The notes below the pieces were generated by a model. It was given only the letters and a program-made list of their open reading frames with translations. It searched no databases and was not told the origin of the DNA. From positions 62,001-126,000 of the IMG/VR virus record IMGVR_UViG_3300020474_000001: DNA of 64,000 nt; one strand, written 5' to 3'. The position numbers were made by a program, and so were the translations under genes. Each line of letters starts with the position of its first letter. Within the stretch, counting starts at the first letter, position 1. Of the stretch, positions 18,102 through 27,270 are shown piece by piece.

Positions 18102-18652
18102 TGAATATCTGGATACGCATCCTGTACTAAAGCAGAAGTAATTTTGTATTTACTAGATAATTTTTTGTCCTTTACCAAGATTAGAATTTCAGCTTCCTTC
18201 GGATGGAGGCTTCTCAATATATTGATAAACATCATTTCACGACGTATTGTGGTCAGACTATCATTACCACCCTTTACAAAATTATAGAGATTTGCATATT
18301 CTCTACGCAGGGATGTTTTCGCTCTTCCATCTAAATCCTGACCAGTTGCTGATTCGCCACCTTTCGCTTCTCTAGCAATGTTCTCAGATAATGTTCCTGA
18401 GTATACTGTCTGATCTTCAATATCAGAATATGGGACATCTCCCTCAGGGAGAAGCGATACCACAGACTCATCAAAATTCCAAACAAAGATAATCTTTAAA
18501 GAATCGTGTTCATACTTTTGCAACAATTCTATTTTTTTCGCTTTTGTTCTTTGCTTAGAAACTAACTCTAGAATTTCATACAGAAATGGGTTAATAGGTA
18601 ATTCCTCAACCTTCTCTGTCTTCGTCTTCGTTGTCTTCATAACTGTTTTCAA
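18083..18652 (-). CDS. Conserved T4-like hypothetical protein
   Basis: WNFDESV.SLLPEG.VPY, RREMMFINIL..LHPKEAE. Confidence 0.75.
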   Translation of the reverse strand: MKTVMKTTKTKTEKVEELPINPFLYEILELVSKQRTKAKKIELLQKYEHDSLKIIFVWNFDESVVSLLPEGDVPYSDIEDQTVYSGTLSENIAREAKGGESATGQDLDGRAKTSLRREYANLYNFVKGGNDSLTTIRREMMFINILRSLHPKEAEILILVKDKKLSSKYKITSALVQDAYPDIQWGGRS

Positions 18653-18830
18653 ACCTCACTGCTAAAATTTCATCGGGAAGAATATTCCCATTTTCATCAA
18701 ACATCTCTGGATGGGTGTAAACTGGTTGTGACATATAAAAGTGTTCTTTAGCCAACCAACCTACTACTCCTCCAACAAAAAAGAACATAATAGAAACTAA
18801 AGTTCCGATTGTAAGAGATACTGCTAACAT
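18606..18830 (-). CDS. Small membrane protein
   Basis: N-terminal TM helix plus HPEMFDENG. Confidence 0.7.
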   Translation of the reverse strand: MLAVSLTIGTLVSIMFFFVGGVVGWLAKEHFYMSQPVYTHPEMFDENGNILPDEILAVRFENSYEDNEDEDREG

Positions 18831-18849
18831 TTTCCTTCCCTCCAGAGAG

Positions 18850-19089
18850 TTACTTTTTCCTAATGTCTAAGTAAAAGTTTAGATGAATGACACATTCTCT
18901 ACGGAAGAGAGAAATCATTTTACCAAACTTCATTTGAAGCGTCTTCGGTGTTTCTGATTTCTTCCCCCTTTGTCTTAAGAGCAATTCGACACCCCGATTT
19001 GTATGGGATTCGTAATTATTTAGTTTGTTTCTTTCGTCTTCCTGGCTTTCGCTCATGACTATACCTCCATGCATCTTCAAGTATACCAT
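18850..19089 (-). CDS. Hypothetical protein
   Basis: NRGVELLLR...FGKMISLFRRE; start uncertain. Confidence 0.55.
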   Translation of the reverse strand: MVYLKMHGGIVMSESQEDERNKLNNYESHTNRGVELLLRQRGKKSETPKTLQMKFGKMISLFRRECVIHLNFYLDIRKK

Positions 19090-19351
19090 AAAGATACTCT
19101 TTTATCTGTCTTGCTTTTGACTTTGACAGATACCCGTATGCTTCAACTAATTCTTTTTCGCCACCCTTCAAATAACCTTCTAATTGTAAAACGGTATCGC
19201 TCAAATTTGCTGCAGTAGAGCTTTCAATAAACTGCTCGACTTCATATCTCTTTACTTTATTTGATTTTAGATATTGATAAAAATCTAAAACATATCTGCC
19301 ATCGAAAGCATAGTCAATGGCAGTTTCGACTATTTGATAGGTGTCTTCCAT
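19016..19351 (-). CDS. Conserved cyanophage hypothetical protein
   Basis: 111 aa, VETAIDYAF...EAYGYLSK. Confidence 0.7.
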   Translation of the reverse strand: MEDTYQIVETAIDYAFDGRYVLDFYQYLKSNKVKRYEVEQFIESSTAANLSDTVLQLEGYLKGGEKELVEAYGYLSKSKARQIKEYLYGILEDAWRYSHERKPGRRKKQTK

Positions 19352-19590
19352 TAAATTAAATTTTGTTCTTGCAAATACTTAACAGTTTCTGTACACCCTC
19401 CAAGTTTTTCTTGATCATTCAATATAACTTGAGGGAATGTAGATCCCGATCCAAACTCTTCATAGAATTCTTCCCGAGTGAAATCTCTGTTAAGTTTATA
19501 TATGACATGTTTAAGTTCTACAAGTTGCATTACTTGTTGAATCTTAGTGCAGAATGGACATCCATCCTTAGAATAAATTAAAAAATTCAC
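19351..19590 (-). CDS. nrdC: Glutaredoxin
   Basis: CPFC active site, TFPQV, LGGC. Confidence 0.92.
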   Translation of the reverse strand: MNFLIYSKDGCPFCTKIQQVMQLVELKHVIYKLNRDFTREEFYEEFGSGSTFPQVILNDQEKLGGCTETVKYLQEQNLI

Positions 19591-20231
19591 TTTTTAACAC
19601 TCTCCCAATCCTTTTCAAAGATTTCCATACCCTTATCGGTAAGAATATGATCATACATCTGCTCAAGAATTTTAGGTGGCATAGTGCAAATATCTGCACC
19701 ATTATACCAAGACCGAATAGCACGTTGAACGCTACGAATAGAAGCAGAAAGAACTTTAGTTTCCATCCTATGAATCTGATATAGTTCAGAGATAGAACGT
19801 ACAACCTCCAGACCTGCCACTGACTGGTCGTCTAAGCGTCCTACAAAGGGCGAGACATATGTTGCCCCTGCCTTCGCTGCAAGGACTGCCTGAGAGGCAC
19901 AGAATATCAATGTGACGTTAGTGCGAATCTTTTCCTTAGAAAGCTCATTACATACTCGCAATCCTTCACGAGTGCATGGAACTTTGATTGTAGAAACAGA
20001 TCCAAACTTATCAACCAATCGAATTGATTCATCAAGCATTTCCTGAGCATTGCCCATGACTTCCATGCTGATGTCGGTAATACCAATATCTGCAATTTCT
20101 TGATATACATCATCTGGATTACGACCAGACTTCATGATCAAAGTTGGGTTTGTGGTAACTCCATCGACAAATCCAGTCTCGTAATACTTACGAATGACTT
20201 CAGTGTCTGCTGTGTCAAGAAAAATTTTCAT
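19587..20231 (-). CDS. talC: Transaldolase (TalC/FSA family)
   Basis: MKIFLDTAD, GVTTNPTL, IKVP Schiff-base Lys, YVSPFVGRLDD. Confidence 0.96.
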   Translation of the reverse strand: MKIFLDTADTEVIRKYYETGFVDGVTTNPTLIMKSGRNPDDVYQEIADIGITDISMEVMGNAQEMLDESIRLVDKFGSVSTIKVPCTREGLRVCNELSKEKIRTNVTLIFCASQAVLAAKAGATYVSPFVGRLDDQSVAGLEVVRSISELYQIHRMETKVLSASIRSVQRAIRSWYNGADICTMPPKILEQMYDHILTDKGMEIFEKDWESVKK

Positions 20232-20425
20232 AATTTTTTCAAATACTCCTTTTCTGATTTATACAAAAGTTTGTGGTCCTTATCAAGATATATCTGAATA
20301 CCTTGATAGAGGTCTGGAATTAACCACTGATCAACCCGATAGCAGTATTGCCAATTCGCTGGTTGAATACAGTTCATTATAACAACAGACCAGAAAGCAG
20401 TCAAGTGGTTAATGATCGTAAGCAT
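20228..20425 (-). CDS. Hypothetical protein
   Basis: 65 aa, coupled to talC. Confidence 0.6.
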   Translation of the reverse strand: MLTIINHLTAFWSVVIMNCIQPANWQYCYRVDQWLIPDLYQGIQIYLDKDHKLLYKSEKEYLKKL

Positions 20426-20600
20426 TTAATTTTTTTTTAGAATTGTTCCTGATTACCACTTTGGAATCGATGACCTCAACTTCGACATCATCATAGCAGT
20501 CCCAGCTAAGATCTTCCATCGACTTCATAATTTTTTCCAAAACTCCCTGGTTATACAGGATCTGTCTTGATTTTCTTTTTGAAATAGAATTACTGATCAT
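20409..20600 (-). CDS. Hypothetical protein
   Basis: 63 aa, overlapping both neighbours. Confidence 0.55.
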   Translation of the reverse strand: MISNSISKRKSRQILYNQGVLEKIMKSMEDLSWDCYDDVEVEVIDSKVVIRNNSKKKLNAYDH

Positions 20601-21135
20601 TCAAAAGTCCTCTTAATAAACAAGTTGCTTCGCTAAATCTATCTACATAATGGATTAATTCCATCTCGTCGTTATTTAAAAAACCATTATCCAACATTTC
20701 ATCCTCTAACCAATTCTTGAGTGTCCTCCACATTCTACCAACACAAATGATTGGCTTCTTTTCAATGTGATTTACCTGAACTAGTTGGTAAATCATTGCC
20801 ATTTCAAGAAGTGTTCCAATACCACCAGGACTGACAATGAAAGCATCACATCTGGAAAAGGTATCCAACCTTGTAAAGAAATCATCATGCTTTGTATACT
20901 CATGAACATACTCATTTACTTTCTCCTCGAACGGCAAATAAATCGCTTCTGCTTCTGATAGGTTGATGTCAATAGAAGATGCTCCTTTATTTGCTGCTTC
21001 CATTGTACCAGGTCCACCGCCAGTGACAACTACCCAACCATGAGATGCAAAATCTTTACCCATCTTTTCTACTGCTCCATACAATCCAGATTCTGGGTCT
21101 GTTCTGGATGAACCAAAAATTGCTACTTTTTTCAT
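20590..21135 (-). CDS. LOG-family (SLOG) nucleotide phosphoribohydrolase
   Basis: VAIFGSS, TGGGPGTMEAANKGA, F..R, PGGIGTLLE (PGGxGTxxE). Confidence 0.88.
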   Translation of the reverse strand: MKKVAIFGSSRTDPESGLYGAVEKMGKDFASHGWVVVTGGGPGTMEAANKGASSIDINLSEAEAIYLPFEEKVNEYVHEYTKHDDFFTRLDTFSRCDAFIVSPGGIGTLLEMAMIYQLVQVNHIEKKPIICVGRMWRTLKNWLEDEMLDNGFLNNDEMELIHYVDRFSEATCLLRGLLNDQ

Positions 21136-21205
21136 GCTTCTTTCAATTAAAAGGGGGGCATATAAAGACCCCTATTTCCAACTTATTTATTGATATTAAG
21201 ACAAT

Positions 21206-21229
21206 AAAAAAGAGACCCGAAGGTCTCTA
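21206..21229 (-). terminator. psbA terminator
   Basis: AGAGACC-TTCG-GGTCTCT followed by a U-tract. Confidence 0.85.
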
Positions 21230-21255
21230 TTTTGTTTATTCGGTTTTTAGGAAAC

Positions 21256-22335
21256 TCAACCGATGCTAGGAGCAGTAAGTGCCACAGGAGTGGACTCAGC
21301 AGTAGCAAGATCAAGAGGGAAGTTGTGTGCATTACGCTCATGCATAACTTCCATACCGAGGTTGGCACGATTCAAGACATCTGCCCAGGTGTTTACCACA
21401 CGACCTTGACCTTCAATAACGGATTGATTGAAGTTGAATCCGTTGAGGTTGAATGCCATGGTGCTGACGCCGAGGGCGGTAAACCAGATTCCCACGACTG
21501 GCCATGCTGCGAGAAAGAAGTGCAGTGAACGGGAGTTGTTGAACGAAGCATACTGAAAGATGAGACGACCAAAGTAACCATGAGCGGCAACGATGTTATA
21601 GGTCTCTTCTTCTTGACCGAACTTGTAACCATAGTTCTGAGATTCAGACTCAGTGGTTTCACGAACCAGTGAAGATGTAACCAAAGAACCATGCATTGCA
21701 CTGAACAGAGAACCGCCAAAGATACCAGCCACACCAAGCATGTGGAAGGGGTGCATCAGGATATTGTGTTCAGCTTGAAAAACCAGCATGAAATTAAAGG
21801 TGCCAGAAATGCCCAGAGGCATGCCGTCACTAAAACTTCCTTGACCAAAAGGATAGACGAGGAAGACTGCGGCAGCTGCTGCAACAGGTGCAGAGTAAGC
21901 AACACAGATCCAAGGGCGCATACCGAGACGGTAAGACAGTTCCCACTCACGGCCCATATAACAGAAGATACCGATGAGGAAGTGAAAGACAACCAACTGG
22001 TAAGGACCGCCATTATAAAGCCACTCATCGAGAGAGACTGCTTCCCAGATAGGGTAGAAATGAAGTCCGATTGCATTTGAAGAAGGAACAACTGCGCCAG
22101 AAATAATATTGTTGCCATAGATAAGTGAACCAGCAACAGGTTCACGAATGCCATCAATATCAACCGGAGGTGCTGCCACGAAGGCAGTGATAAAACAGAT
22201 GGTTGCTGCGAGGAGCGTTGGAATCATAAGAATTCCAAACCATCCAACATAAAGACGGTTATTTGTAGAAGTTACCCAGGAGCAGAAATCCTCCCAAGTG
22301 GTTGTCTGATTGCTTTTTAAAGTTGAAATAGTCAT
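21256..22335 (-). CDS. psbA: Photosystem II D1 protein (359 aa, intron-free)
   Basis: Complete D1 (NRLYVGWFG...[13 protein letters not shown]); true start MTISTL at 22335; Glu at D1-130. Confidence 0.99.
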   Translation of the reverse strand: MTISTLKSNQTTTWEDFCSWVTSTNNRLYVGWFGILMIPTLLAATICFITAFVAAPPVDIDGIREPVAGSLIYGNNIISGAVVPSSNAIGLHFYPIWEAVSLDEWLYNGGPYQLVVFHFLIGIFCYMGREWELSYRLGMRPWICVAYSAPVAAAAAVFLVYPFGQGSFSDGMPLGISGTFNFMLVFQAEHNILMHPFHMLGVAGIFGGSLFSAMHGSLVTSSLVRETTESESQNYGYKFGQEEETYNIVAAHGYFGRLIFQYASFNNSRSLHFFLAAWPVVGIWFTALGVSTMAFNLNGFNFNQSVIEGQGRVVNTWADVLNRANLGMEVMHERNAHNFPLDLATAESTPVALTAPSIG

Positions 22336-22445
22336 TTGAAAAAGGGTAGGTAATAGTGCAGGGAACACTAATGGTGATATTTCCACGACACCCTCCATCG
22401 TGGATATTAGAGACGTGTTTATACACCCCATAGGTCTCGGTTGAT
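22336..22445 (-). ncRNA. PhotoRC-II-like structured psbA leader
   Basis: GAGAC...GTCTC stem and TCCACGAT/GTCGTGGA stem with a GAGGG loop, in the position of the cyanophage PhotoRC-II motif. Confidence 0.65.
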
Positions 22446-22497
22446 GGTGTATCATCGGATCAAGCAACTTCACATTTCTTAACCCGTTGATGTAACT

Positions 22498-22526
22498 ATA
22501 ATATCAAAGAACCCAGGTCTTGTCAA
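22498..22526 (-). promoter_or_regulatory. Sigma70-like psbA promoter inside a hairpin
   Basis: TTGACA-17nt-TATTAT, with the -35 flanked by AACCCAG/CTGGGTT. Confidence 0.7.
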
Positions 22527-22614
22527 CTGGGTTGTGCCAGTTAAAAAACTGAACATGTATCATTACGAACAGTCGTTATTATGCTAAATAGATATGTTCA
22601 CTTTGCGTAGGTAG

Positions 22615-23103
22615 ATGAAAAAAGCATTAGTTGCTTTCGCGATGTTAATGATGGCGGCACCAGCACATGCCGATATAGTTCATAAACTCACATCAAGCAT
22701 TCAATTAACAGTAAATGCTCCAGCAACACAGGTAGAAAGGATCGGAAGTAGCTTCTCGATTTCGGGCAATGGAGTTAGCACAACCGATGGTAGCACTGCT
22801 GGAACAATTTCCGCAGGAACAATCACTTCTGGAGTATATGCTCCTGGGACAATTGCTGCTACTCAACATACTAATGGAAACTCATTTAGTTTCTCGCAGT
22901 CATATACACAGGCTGATGCAGTCAGCACCTCTGCCCCAACAGTAGGCGCAGTCGGAAACTTCTCGACTCAGACCAGTACTGCCGCCGGAACTGCTGGAGA
23001 TCTAGCAGGTACAATTGGCACCACTGGTGCAATTACTGTGACTGCTGGTGGAGCCGGAACACTTGGAACCGGACAATTTGTCACTGAGCTCACCGTGAAA
23101 TAA
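22615..23103 (+). CDS. Secreted-type Gly/Thr/Ser-rich beta protein
   Basis: Signal peptide ending AHA; CTAAATA late promoter at about 22584. Confidence 0.7.
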   Translation: MKKALVAFAMLMMAAPAHADIVHKLTSSIQLTVNAPATQVERIGSSFSISGNGVSTTDGSTAGTISAGTITSGVYAPGTIAATQHTNGNSFSFSQSYTQADAVSTSAPTVGAVGNFSTQTSTAAGTAGDLAGTIGTTGAITVTAGGAGTLGTGQFVTELTVK

Positions 23104-23129
23104 GGAATCGTTTATGGAGAATACTAACC

Positions 23130-23600
23130 ATGATTTCTGGGCGGATAAAATTGAAGTATGTGATGATTGTGGTGGGTGCAAGTGCCATACTTGCGCCTGC
23201 CCAGGCGGTCCCCGTGGTCCCAAACTTCACCCAGGGCTCGATGACCAGCCACACGGAGACGACATCTAAAGTAACTGAAACTATAAATTCAATTGATTAT
23301 AATACAGGATGGCAATATACAGTAACTGGAACGAACGTGGACAATGGTGGAGAGGCATTAAATCCATCAAACATAAACAACAGTGTGATGGTAAATCCTC
23401 TTGGTGGAATCGAGGGGCAAGTATCGAGCACAAACTCTTCTGCCAATCTCGGACTTGTAAAGTACAAGATAACAACCCCAGGGGAAGCATTTCAGTTCAC
23501 TCAAACCTATCAAGGTCCGGGGATTTCCAATCAAACAATTATTCAAAGAGTAACCGAGGTCACAAGCGTAACAGATACAACAAGTGTCTTTACCCAATAA
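23130..23600 (+). CDS. Secreted-type conserved cyanophage protein
   Basis: Signal peptide ending AQA, then VPVVPNFTQGSM; Thr-rich. Confidence 0.7.
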   Translation: MISGRIKLKYVMIVVGASAILAPAQAVPVVPNFTQGSMTSHTETTSKVTETINSIDYNTGWQYTVTGTNVDNGGEALNPSNINNSVMVNPLGGIEGQVSSTNSSANLGLVKYKITTPGEAFQFTQTYQGPGISNQTIIQRVTEVTSVTDTTSVFTQ

Positions 23601-24598
23601 TTGCATTGCTAATAGCATCACCAGTGAGAGCGAACGTAGGTGGTGTATCAGCAACAGCAAACCCAATCGCGAACAGCTCTGGCTCAGTGACCAATCAAGC
23701 TATTCAGGTTTTACAAGGTCCATATGTAACAAATAGTTACGGAAATGGAATTAGTTGCCAAGGACCAACTGCAAATATAACACCATTTGTTACTCATAGT
23801 AGAAGTTATCAGCATCCGTTTGAGGGAATTTACTATGAACCACAATATGATGGCAGAGATGTGAAGGGACGGAAAGTAGAAATACAGCAGCAAGTTAAAA
23901 ACTACCCTTGGGAAGAATGGTATGACAATCGTACCTATATCTCAGATGGTAGTGATGGCAATGAAGTTGGAAGTGAGCAGAGATGGTTTCCGGATGGTGC
24001 TGATATGACAATTGTCGTAGAGGACATTCAACCGGATGGTATTCCAGATAGACCTGGCCGAGTGGTGTGGGATAAACCAGTAAGAACTGGTCAGCAAGAT
24101 AATCTCAGCACAAACATTGGATTATCTGCAACATTGTCCTTCCCTCTTGATGGTGGATTGCAGGAGCGTTGTAAAGCAGCAGCAGATACTCAAACCGCAT
24201 TAATGAGACAAACGGTTGCTAATAAAAGATTAGATTTTGAGATTGCTCGTCTTAAGAATTGTGGCGAATTATTAAAAGCTGGAATCAGTTTTCATCCAAA
24301 GAGTCCATATTATGTTATATGTGCTGATGTCGTAGTTCAAAATGTAAATACCATTCCACCACATAAACATAAAATTCCTAACGTTTCTTCTTCTTCGGGT
24401 CCTTCAAAGATGGCAGCCCCCGCTTCTCTCGATATCGGTTCGCAATCACCTCTTGGTGAGTCAATCTCCGGGGTTTCTTTCCCAATAAGGACTGGACCTT
24501 TGTCAGTGCCTTCTTCACAACAGGTTTCACCACTCTTAACAAAAGATCAGCAAGAGGTTTTGCAAATATTGCCGAAGACGTTGCCACAACAGCAATAG
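23309..24598 (+). CDS. Secreted-type conserved cyanophage protein (start uncertain)
   Basis: Signal-like KCLYPIIALLIASPVRA at about 23582-23632; SATANPIANSSGSVTNQAIQ; RLDFEIARLKNCG. Confidence 0.65.
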   Translation: MAIYSNWNERGQWWRGIKSIKHKQQCDGKSSWWNRGASIEHKLFCQSRTCKVQDNNPRGSISVHSNLSRSGDFQSNNYSKSNRGHKRNRYNKCLYPIIALLIASPVRANVGGVSATANPIANSSGSVTNQAIQVLQGPYVTNSYGNGISCQGPTANITPFVTHSRSYQHPFEGIYYEPQYDGRDVKGRKVEIQQQVKNYPWEEWYDNRTYISDGSDGNEVGSEQRWFPDGADMTIVVEDIQPDGIPDRPGRVVWDKPVRTGQQDNLSTNIGLSATLSFPLDGGLQERCKAAADTQTALMRQTVANKRLDFEIARLKNCGELLKAGISFHPKSPYYVICADVVVQNVNTIPPHKHKIPNVSSSSGPSKMAAPASLDIGSQSPLGESISGVSFPIRTGPLSVPSSQQVSPLLTKDQQEVLQILPKTLPQQQ

Positions 24599-25169
24599 AA
24601 GCAGTAGCAGTTACCGCACCTGCTGATGGAATATTACCTACGATTTGTTCGGTTATCCCAATATCTTCTGTAACCTGAATACACTCTCTGCCAACTAAAC
24701 GATAATCAATAACTTTTTGATCCCCTTTTACAAATCCTACAGGTTCCTTGAGATCTTGTGCTTCTGTAGGGCAGGGGATATCTTTATTTGGTGTGTTAGG
24801 AACAGCAGGTGTTTGTGGTGTTGGTGGGTCGGGTTGCTCAGGAGGTTCTGGTGATCTGACTGGAGGAACTTCCTGTGATTTTTTTTCAGTTTCATATTGC
24901 AATCTTCTAGCATCATAGTTAATTGGAGCAAAGCTTGGCATTTCTCCATCACAAAATACCCTTACCTGATCCGGGTCATTATTTGCCAAGTTAACATTTT
25001 TATCACTATCCTTATGAGATTCTACACATCCTGGCATATTAACAATAGGAATACCCACCTGTGATGTCACGGGTGGGTATATAGGAACAGCGATAGGGGG
25101 ATCTATCGCCCAAGTTGGAATTGAGTTAACACTTAAATCTCTTATGTTAATCTCAGGTATGTTTGGCAT
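24378..25169 (-). CDS. Pro-rich conserved cyanophage protein with a C-terminal membrane anchor
   Basis: PIVNMPGCVE, Pro-rich linker, hydrophobic TATASIAVVATSSA helix. Confidence 0.7.
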   Translation of the reverse strand: MPNIPEINIRDLSVNSIPTWAIDPPIAVPIYPPVTSQVGIPIVNMPGCVESHKDSDKNVNLANNDPDQVRVFCDGEMPSFAPINYDARRLQYETEKKSQEVPPVRSPEPPEQPDPPTPQTPAVPNTPNKDIPCPTEAQDLKEPVGFVKGDQKVIDYRLVGRECIQVTEDIGITEQIVGNIPSAGAVTATASIAVVATSSAIFAKPLADLLLRVVKPVVKKALTKVQSLLGKKPRRLTHQEVIANRYREKRGLPSLKDPKKKKR

Positions 25170-25414
25170 TACTTTTTCCAGCCACCTTTCAATACCCACT
25201 CATCATGATATTGATTCTTCCAGTTCTTACCAATTCCGTAAGATGGTTGAACTACTTGCTCAATATATCTTCTGTTCTCTTCCGCAACCTTAAGACTTTT
25301 AGTTTCTAAAGTTTTTAATCTGCCATCAACCTGGGATGCCCACCATATGGCACCACTAAGTTGAACCGCAAGGAATGAGATAACAGCAAATGGAATTTTA
25401 AGGTCTTTCATCAA
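25169..25414 (-). CDS. Small membrane/coiled-coil protein
   Basis: N-terminal TM plus coiled coil. Confidence 0.6.
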   Translation of the reverse strand: MMKDLKIPFAVISFLAVQLSGAIWWASQVDGRLKTLETKSLKVAEENRRYIEQVVQPSYGIGKNWKNQYHDEWVLKGGWKK

Positions 25415-25614
25415 TCTCCAAAGTATTTTTCAATTACAGAAATCCTTTCCTCTTCGTGAGCAATAATATCAATCTGCTCTTGAATAGCAGCAAGAACATC
25501 AGGATGCTCACCAATTCCAACAGGATTCTTGAGATAAATTTCAATATTCATTTTTGCTTTCTTAATTGCACCAAGAGAATTTAAAGTTAGTGCTTCTATA
25601 ATATCTCGTCTCAT
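25411..25614 (-). CDS. Conserved hypothetical protein
   Basis: NIEIYLKNPVGIGEHPDV. Confidence 0.7.
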   Translation of the reverse strand: MRRDIIEALTLNSLGAIKKAKMNIEIYLKNPVGIGEHPDVLAAIQEQIDIIAHEEERISVIEKYFGD

Positions 25615-25751
25615 AAGAAAAGTGCTCCAATCAGAAAACCTTTAGCGAATGTAACCCATGACATCTGATATCCACTCAACCCAAACTTTCTCTTAATAGG
25701 TCGGAATATTTTTTTACGATGCCACTTGAATAATCTTATGCCATACTTCAT
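25611..25751 (-). CDS. 46-aa basic microprotein with C-terminal hydrophobic helix
   Basis: MKYGIRLFKWHRKK...TFAKGFLIGALFL; ATGA-coupled at both ends. Confidence 0.55.
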   Translation of the reverse strand: MKYGIRLFKWHRKKIFRPIKRKFGLSGYQMSWVTFAKGFLIGALFL

Positions 25752-26203
25752 ACTAATGTCCCCTTTGCTTTACGAATTTCTCTTAACTCTTGGAAGTCTT
25801 TTTTCTTGGTTCCACCATCATATCCCCAAGCATATCCTTCCTCAATCATCAACTCATTCAACGATACTTCTGCATCTCCCATATATAACCAACCAAGAAG
25901 GCGACCGTACTTACCCATACCACCAACAAGTTCAGTTCTAATAATGAGTTCATCATCCCCATTGATAGCTCCCTCTAGTTTTTCTTTCATCCAATTTGTC
26001 GCATCAATACCAAGCTCCTTTTCTTCAGGATCTCTAGTGCGCTTCTCTGGCGTATCTACACCAGCAATTCTAACCCTCTCCTTCTTGTATAAATCAAATC
26101 CAAGATCAATAGTGACATCAATAGTATCACCATCAACAACTCTGTTTATTTCTACTACACGGAAATTGTAGCAAGACTTTCTACTTGGCGGTTTTAAACT
26201 CAT
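25748..26203 (-). CDS. Thermonuclease (staphylococcal nuclease-like)
   Basis: VVDGDTIDV, RIAGVDTPE, GKYGRLLG. Confidence 0.88.
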   Translation of the reverse strand: MSLKPPSRKSCYNFRVVEINRVVDGDTIDVTIDLGFDLYKKERVRIAGVDTPEKRTRDPEEKELGIDATNWMKEKLEGAINGDDELIIRTELVGGMGKYGRLLGWLYMGDAEVSLNELMIEEGYAWGYDGGTKKKDFQELREIRKAKGTLV

Positions 26204-26337
26204 TCTTCACCTCCTTCATCATTCATCTCTTGGAATGCCATCCTTAATATATAGGCGACACAATAAGATACGCCAAATAGAAAAACAAGTAGACCAATAA
26301 TAATACTCCAAGTTGGAGAACCAAGACTTTCGTACAT
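26200..26337 (-). CDS. 45-aa single-TM microprotein
   Basis: MYESLGSPTWSIIIGLLVFLFGVSYCVAYILRMAFQEMNDEGGEE. Confidence 0.55.
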   Translation of the reverse strand: MYESLGSPTWSIIIGLLVFLFGVSYCVAYILRMAFQEMNDEGGEE

Positions 26338-26353
26338 ATTAAAAATGCAGCTC

Positions 26354-26590
26354 TTAACTATCTAGGGCATAATCCAATGCTTGCTTAGCACTATGTGTGA
26401 TTCTGATGACTTGCCTCTGTCTGACTACATGAAAACCAAGTAAATCTGCTTTGGGGTCTTCTGGCAATCCAAATGGTTGCACGAAATATAATCCAGCATG
26501 TGCTACACATCTCCAACCAATATCAACAAACCCCAATTCTCTCAACGCACATTCCAACTTGAGTGAGTAACATCCGTCCTCTAAGGTCAT
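26354..26590 (-). CDS. Conserved hypothetical protein
   Basis: 78 aa; ATAAATA late promoter at about 26613-26619. Confidence 0.65.
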   Translation of the reverse strand: MTLEDGCYSLKLECALRELGFVDIGWRCVAHAGLYFVQPFGLPEDPKADLLGFHVVRQRQVIRITHSAKQALDYALDS

Positions 26591-26611
26591 GTGGTGATAA
26601 CCGAACTAGAA

Positions 26612-26782
26612 TTATTTATCGTTAGGATAACTGGAACATAATTGTTCAGCCATTTTATCTCTTAGGGCATTAATCCTTTCATCATCATATTGTTGAAAGT
26701 TTCCTCTCTTTTCAACTTTCTTATAGTAGTGGAGAGCATTAAGGATTATAGTATAATCTTCTATTGTTAATTCAAAATTCAT
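26612..26782 (-). CDS. 56-aa hypothetical protein
   Basis: MNFELTIEDYTIILNALHYYKK... Confidence 0.55.
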   Translation of the reverse strand: MNFELTIEDYTIILNALHYYKKVEKRGNFQQYDDERINALRDKMAEQLCSSYPNDK

Positions 26783-26946
26783 TCTTCGGTCAAATCAATA
26801 GTAAAGTCAACATCAATCTCAAAATCAGAATCCATGTCCTTAAGTTTTACCTTGGGATCGTCTTCTACTTCAATATCTTCAATTTCAATTCTTTTAATCA
26901 TCTTATCATACTGATGATTTGCAAGATTATCTAAAAAATCATTCAT
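26779..26946 (-). CDS. 55-aa acidic hypothetical protein
   Basis: MNDFLDNLANHQY...; ATGA-coupled. Confidence 0.5.
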   Translation of the reverse strand: MNDFLDNLANHQYDKMIKRIEIEDIEVEDDPKVKLKDMDSDFEIDVDFTIDLTEE

Positions 26947-27063
26947 GGGTTTTTGGGGTCTATTCCTAAACTAATTAAATACTCAGTCCACCAATCTGGG
27001 TCTTTCTTGACCCTCCAATTAGGCACATCTTTTCCCTGATCAGAATAATGTCTGAACAGGACT

Positions 27064-27270
27064 TCATCGATAGTCTGTGCGATCTCCATATTCTTCATCC
27101 TCTTCGTCAAGGTCAGCATATGCGTTTTCCACATAGGGTCCTCGTTTCCTGAAAGGTTCTTTTCGAACATAAGATTGTTCTGAATTAACGGCTGAGATCC
27201 ATACAATGAATTTCATCAAGACAAAAATAACCACTAGTGGAGACAAACATAGTAATAAAGTATAGTTCAT
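27064..27270 (-). CDS. Small membrane protein
   Basis: N-terminal TM, acidic tail. Confidence 0.6.
   Translation of the reverse strand: MNYTLLLCLSPLVVIFVLMKFIVWISAVNSEQSYVRKEPFRKRGPYVENAYADLDEEDEEYGDRTDYR

Noticed and set aside
21256-22335. Possible group I intron in psbA, or an adjacent psbD/hli gene
   Set aside because: D1 is continuous and full length; no D2 or Hli motif was seen in this window.
22336-22473. 46-aa N-terminal extension of PsbA in the ORF track
   Set aside because: It spans the structured PhotoRC-II-like leader; canonical 359-aa D1 starts at 22335.
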